DNA of 8,923 nt from contig CALBUD010000085.1 of the NCBI GenBank assembly GCA_937968065.1, forward strand, positions 1 through 8,923, read 5' to 3'. This document shows positions 5,915 through 8,923 of this stretch, in pieces. The DNA comes from Candidatus Iainarchaeum sp. GTDB lineage: Archaea > Iainarchaeota > Iainarchaeia > Iainarchaeales > CSSED10-239. The stretch's first letter is position 1; every line of letters starts with the position of its first letter. The position numbers and the translations under genes are program-made. The notes beneath the pieces were generated by a model, which saw only the letters and a program-made list of their open reading frames with translations, had not been told where the DNA came from and ran no database searches.

Positions 5915-6922
5915 ATGAAAAAAACAATTGCTTTTGATGAAAATAAATATATTTCTCTACAAACACAAGAAATCAAAAAAAGATTAAAAAACTTTGATAA
6001 AGTCTATATAGAGTTTGGAGGGCATCTTCTAAGAGATTATCATGCAAATAGAGTTTTAATAGATTATAAGAAAGATACAAAGGTAAAAATTTTAGAAAAA
6101 TTAAAAAAAGATGTTGGTATCATTTATTGTATTTATTCAAAACATTTAGAGAATGGAAGAGATTATAATAGTAATTTAGAATTTAGAAAACTAGTTTTAA
6201 ATGAAATAGATGTTTTAAGAAAAAAATTTAAAAAAATAGATGTTGTTATAACTAGATATAAAAATGAAAAGTCAGGAAAAGTTTTTGAAAAAGAAATGTT
6301 AAATAAAAATATAAAAGTTTATTTTTCAAAACCAATAAAAGATTATCCAAAAGATGTTAAAGAGATTCTTGGAAGAAACGGTTTTATTAAACAACCCTAT
6401 ATAAAAACTAATCAAAAAATAAATATTGTTATTGGTCCTGTTGCAAATTCTGGAAAGATGGGGGTTTGTCTTTTACAAATGTTTCTTGATTCTAAACAAA
6501 ATATTAATCCAGGATATTTTAAATCAGAAACTTTTCCAATATACAACCTTCCTTTAAATCATCCTATTAACCTTGCATATGAAGCAGCAACAGCAGATAT
6601 TGGTGATAAAAACTTAATTGATCCTTTTCATAAAAAAGAATATGGAAAAGTTGCTATAAATTATAATAGAGATATTGAAAATTTCAAAATACTTAAAAAA
6701 ATAATAATTCATATAGTTTCTAAAAAAAATAAAATGAATGAATATAAATCTCCAACAGATATGGGTATTAATTTAATTAAAAAAGCAATTGTTGATGAAA
6801 AAAGAATAATTAAAGCTTGCAAAAAAGAAATTATTTTAAGACATAAAACATATATTAAAAGAAAAGAAAAAAAAGAAGTTATTGAAAAAATGAAACTTCT
6901 TTTAAAAGAAATTAAGGAATAA
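5915..6922 (+). CDS. DUF1846 / UPF0371 family protein, short form lacking the usual C-terminal third
   Basis: The N-terminus [44 protein letters not shown] matches the UPF0371 hallmark (GFDxEKYLxLQxxxIxERIxxFxxKLYLEFGGKLxxDxHAxRVLPG). The central block [51 protein letters not shown] closely matches the family core ([35 protein letters not shown]...NYNRDIE). It is 335 aa, whereas I recall typical members as about 490-500 aa. Confidence 0.85.
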   Translation: [335 protein letters not shown]

Positions 6923-8923
6923 ATGGTTCTATAACTTCAAGTTCTGGAAATGGAGTTTTAAATAAAGGATAAGTTACATTTTCAGTTATTTGCCATATAT
7001 TTGTAAAATCCCACCCAATAAATGTTGCTTCTTGTTTCATTTCACTTGTTGTTTTTGGAATTCCTTTATCTTCATCTGATTGTCCTGATGTTTGAGAATC
7101 ATAATAACAATCAATAATCTCTACATATATTTCTTCAGGATTACCACCTAAAAGACCACCAACATTTAAATCTCCAGTAACACTTCCTACAGAATAAGAA
7201 TGAAGAACAAAATTTTGGCTTTCTTCATAATATCCTAAAAATCCAATTAAACCACCAACATAATCATCTCCTTCAACATTTGCTGTTGAATAAGTCTGAA
7301 CAATGTTAACACCATCTTCAGTATATCCAATAAGTCCACCTACATAACTATAATCACTATATATTTCACCAGTTGAATAACTATTGTATACAGAAGCTCC
7401 ATCAACTAATGCACTAACTAACCCTCCAGTCATGCTAAATGGAGATGTTACATTTACAGAAGAATAAGAATTATATAAATAGGTATTATTTCCCATAAAT
7501 ACTGTTACCAATCCTCCTAAAATATTATAACCTGCAGTTCCATAATATCTTAAAGAAAATTCTAAAACTTCATTTATTTCTATTTCTGATTTTGGAATTT
7601 TAATTTCACAAGTTTGGTGTTTATAATCTGCTTTATCTGTCATTCCAAAACCACAAACACCATAAGTGTTATCAAAATCATTTACTAAAAATTTATTTTC
7701 ATTAATAGTAATTTCAATCCAATCTTCTCCAAAATCATTTGTGTTATCTGAAGGTATATCAACAGAAAAATAAATAAACTCAAGATCATCTCTTACATAA
7801 ATATAATTTTCTGTAATTGGATGTCCTGTTGATGGACTCCATTTAAATGAATATAAAGGTTCTTCATTTATTACTTCTTCTAAAATTCCATCAACTTCTA
7901 AAGAACTAAAATTAGATCTAAGTGTATATTCTACAGAACCTTTAAATAAAGGAAATCTTAAAGGAAAAGAATTTCCATATTCATTTGCAGTTAGAAATAA
8001 AGTAGCAGTAGAGCATTCTTCTGGTATGTTCCAAGAAACTTCAATAGTTTTATTATTTACAACAGCAATATTTTTATCTATTTTTAAAACATCTTCTAAA
8101 ACATTTTCAAAAGTATCTGTATAATGAGCGTAAGTTGGAGTTAATTTTTCTTCGCAAGCATTTAAAATAATTGCATCCACACCTGAGAAGGGAAGATTTT
8201 TTTGATTAATTCTTAAAGTTAAAATTTCTTCTAAATCTTCAAATAAAAATTCTTGAGTTTCATAATTAATAGAAAAACTTTTAGAATAAACTTCTTTAAA
8301 AGAATTTTCTGAATTTAATTTACTTATATATATAGTAGAACCTGTATCTCTATAAATTTCTCCTGTTGCAAAAGAATAACTTATGTTTGAATCTTGAGCA
8401 ACTCCAACTAATGCAGCACCCCCTACAAGATTAAGATTTACATCTACAAGTCCTATGTTTGATAAGTTAGCTCCTGCAATTCCAGAAAATAATCCATAAA
8501 AATCATTTCCACTTGGTTTATTAATATAAAGATTTGTTAAAGTATATCCTCTTCCATCAAAAGTTCCTGTAAAAAAGTTTTCAGATTGAGCACTCCCGAT
8601 TGATTCAAAACCTTCTCCTGAATTCCAGTTATCAGTTGTGGTTGAAATATTTAAAGGAGGGTCTTGCCAATGATTTGGATTAAAAAAATCAATATTTCTT
8701 CCTAAAGCATAATCACCATCTAAATTATCTCTAACATAATCAAAATCATCTGCATAACATAAAATATATATACCATTATTAAGACCAGTTGAACATGGAT
8801 TGATTCTATAAATAATATTAGTTAAATTTATTATTTCATTATTTGTTGTATAAAGCACAATTGTTATATTTCTTTCTTGTATTTCTAAAGAAGATAAATC
8901 AAAATCTTTAATAGCAGTAATTC
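6912..8923 (-). CDS. GLUG-motif beta-helix surface protein (adhesin or IgA-protease-like repeat domain), 5' partial because the N-terminus lies beyond the window
   Basis: The supplied ORF starts at a GTG (8856-8858). I translated the same frame upstream (8859-8921: ITAIKDFDLSSLEIQERNITI) and found no stop before the window edge, so the true start is probably outside. Family evidence is fourfold. First, the entry motif FTGTFDGRGYTLTNLYINKP..FYGLFSGI. Second, repeated GGL(V/I/L)G units (aa 146-152, 448-451, 478-481, 507-511, 535-539, 567-571 of the listed ORF). Third, the closing module CYYDSQTSGQS...TTSEMKQEATFIGWDFTNIWQI..YPLF. Fourth, no signal peptide in the listed ORF, consistent with a missing N-terminus. 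Confidence 0.85.
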   Translation of the reverse strand, partial: ITAIKDFDLSSLEIQERNITIVLYTTNNEIINLTNIIYRINPCSTGLNNGIYILCYADDFDYVRDNLDGDYALGRNIDFFNPNHWQDPPLNISTTTDNWNSGEGFESIGSAQSENFFTGTFDGRGYTLTNLYINKPSGNDFYGLFSGIAGANLSNIGLVDVNLNLVGGAALVGVAQDSNISYSFATGEIYRDTGSTIYISKLNSENSFKEVYSKSFSINYETQEFLFEDLEEILTLRINQKNLPFSGVDAIILNACEEKLTPTYAHYTDTFENVLEDVLKIDKNIAVVNNKTIEVSWNIPEECSTATLFLTANEYGNSFPLRFPLFKGSVEYTLRSNFSSLEVDGILEEVINEEPLYSFKWSPSTGHPITENYIYVRDDLEFIYFSVDIPSDNTNDFGEDWIEITINENKFLVNDFDNTYGVCGFGMTDKADYKHQTCEIKIPKSEIEINEVLEFSLRYYGTAGYNILGGLVTVFMGNNTYLYNSYSSVNVTSPFSMTGGLVSALVDGASVYNSYSTGEIYSDYSYVGGLIGYTEDGVNIVQTYSTANVEGDDYVGGLIGFLGYYEESQNFVLHSYSVGSVTGDLNVGGLLGGNPEEIYVEIIDCYYDSQTSGQSDEDKGIPKTTSEMKQEATFIGWDFTNIWQITENVTYPLFKTPFPELEVIEPFIP

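Noticed and set aside
1-8923. Alternative genetic code (TGA recoded, as in Mollicutes or some CPR lineages), considered because of the very low GC content
   Set aside because: Under the standard code, long ORFs tile almost the whole window with conserved family motifs intact. Trp in conserved positions is TGG (for example WLPISS in UppP and GWDF in the GLUG protein). All seven stops are TAA or TAG with sensible gene ends, so no recoding is needed.
1-8923. Mobile element, prophage or genomic island signatures
   Set aside because: No integrase, transposase, recombinase, tRNA attachment site, inverted terminal repeats or direct flanking repeats were seen. Composition looks uniform across the window by eye.

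Overview
Very AT-rich (about three-quarters A+T by eye), tightly packed 8.9-kb segment with seven protein-coding genes. I saw no rRNA, tRNA, CRISPR, transposase or integrase. All ORFs read cleanly in the standard code: six stops are TAA, one is TAG, and Trp is TGG. There are no convincing Shine-Dalgarno sites, and AT-rich TATA-like boxes sit just upstream of several start codons. Three of three convergent gene pairs overlap at their stop codons, and several proteins are shorter than their family norm. Together this suggests a reduced-genome uncultured prokaryote. My best guess is a DPANN-type archaeon, but a CPR bacterium cannot be excluded from sequence alone. Gene content in order: (1) a 976-aa HerA/FtsK-superfamily (DUF87-like) P-loop ATPase with a hyper-acidic repeat-containing N-terminal tail and a ~350-aa C-terminal extension I could not assign; (2) a tightly coupled, strongly basic 213-aa orphan protein; (3) undecaprenyl-diphosphate phosphatase UppP/BacA; (4) a short DUF457/YdjM-like membrane metal-hydrolase; (5) a secreted 289-aa orphan; (6) a short-form DUF1846/UPF0371 protein; (7) a large GLUG-motif beta-helix surface protein whose reading frame stays open to the right window edge, so it is N-terminally truncated by the window. 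The best candidate for an undescribed system is the two-gene module at 23-3600, an atypical HerA-like motor plus a basic partner. It lacks the usual HerA partners (NurA/Mre11/Rad50, Sir2, DUF4297) and any recognisable nuclease. Functional calls rest on motif recognition by eye. No database search was possible.
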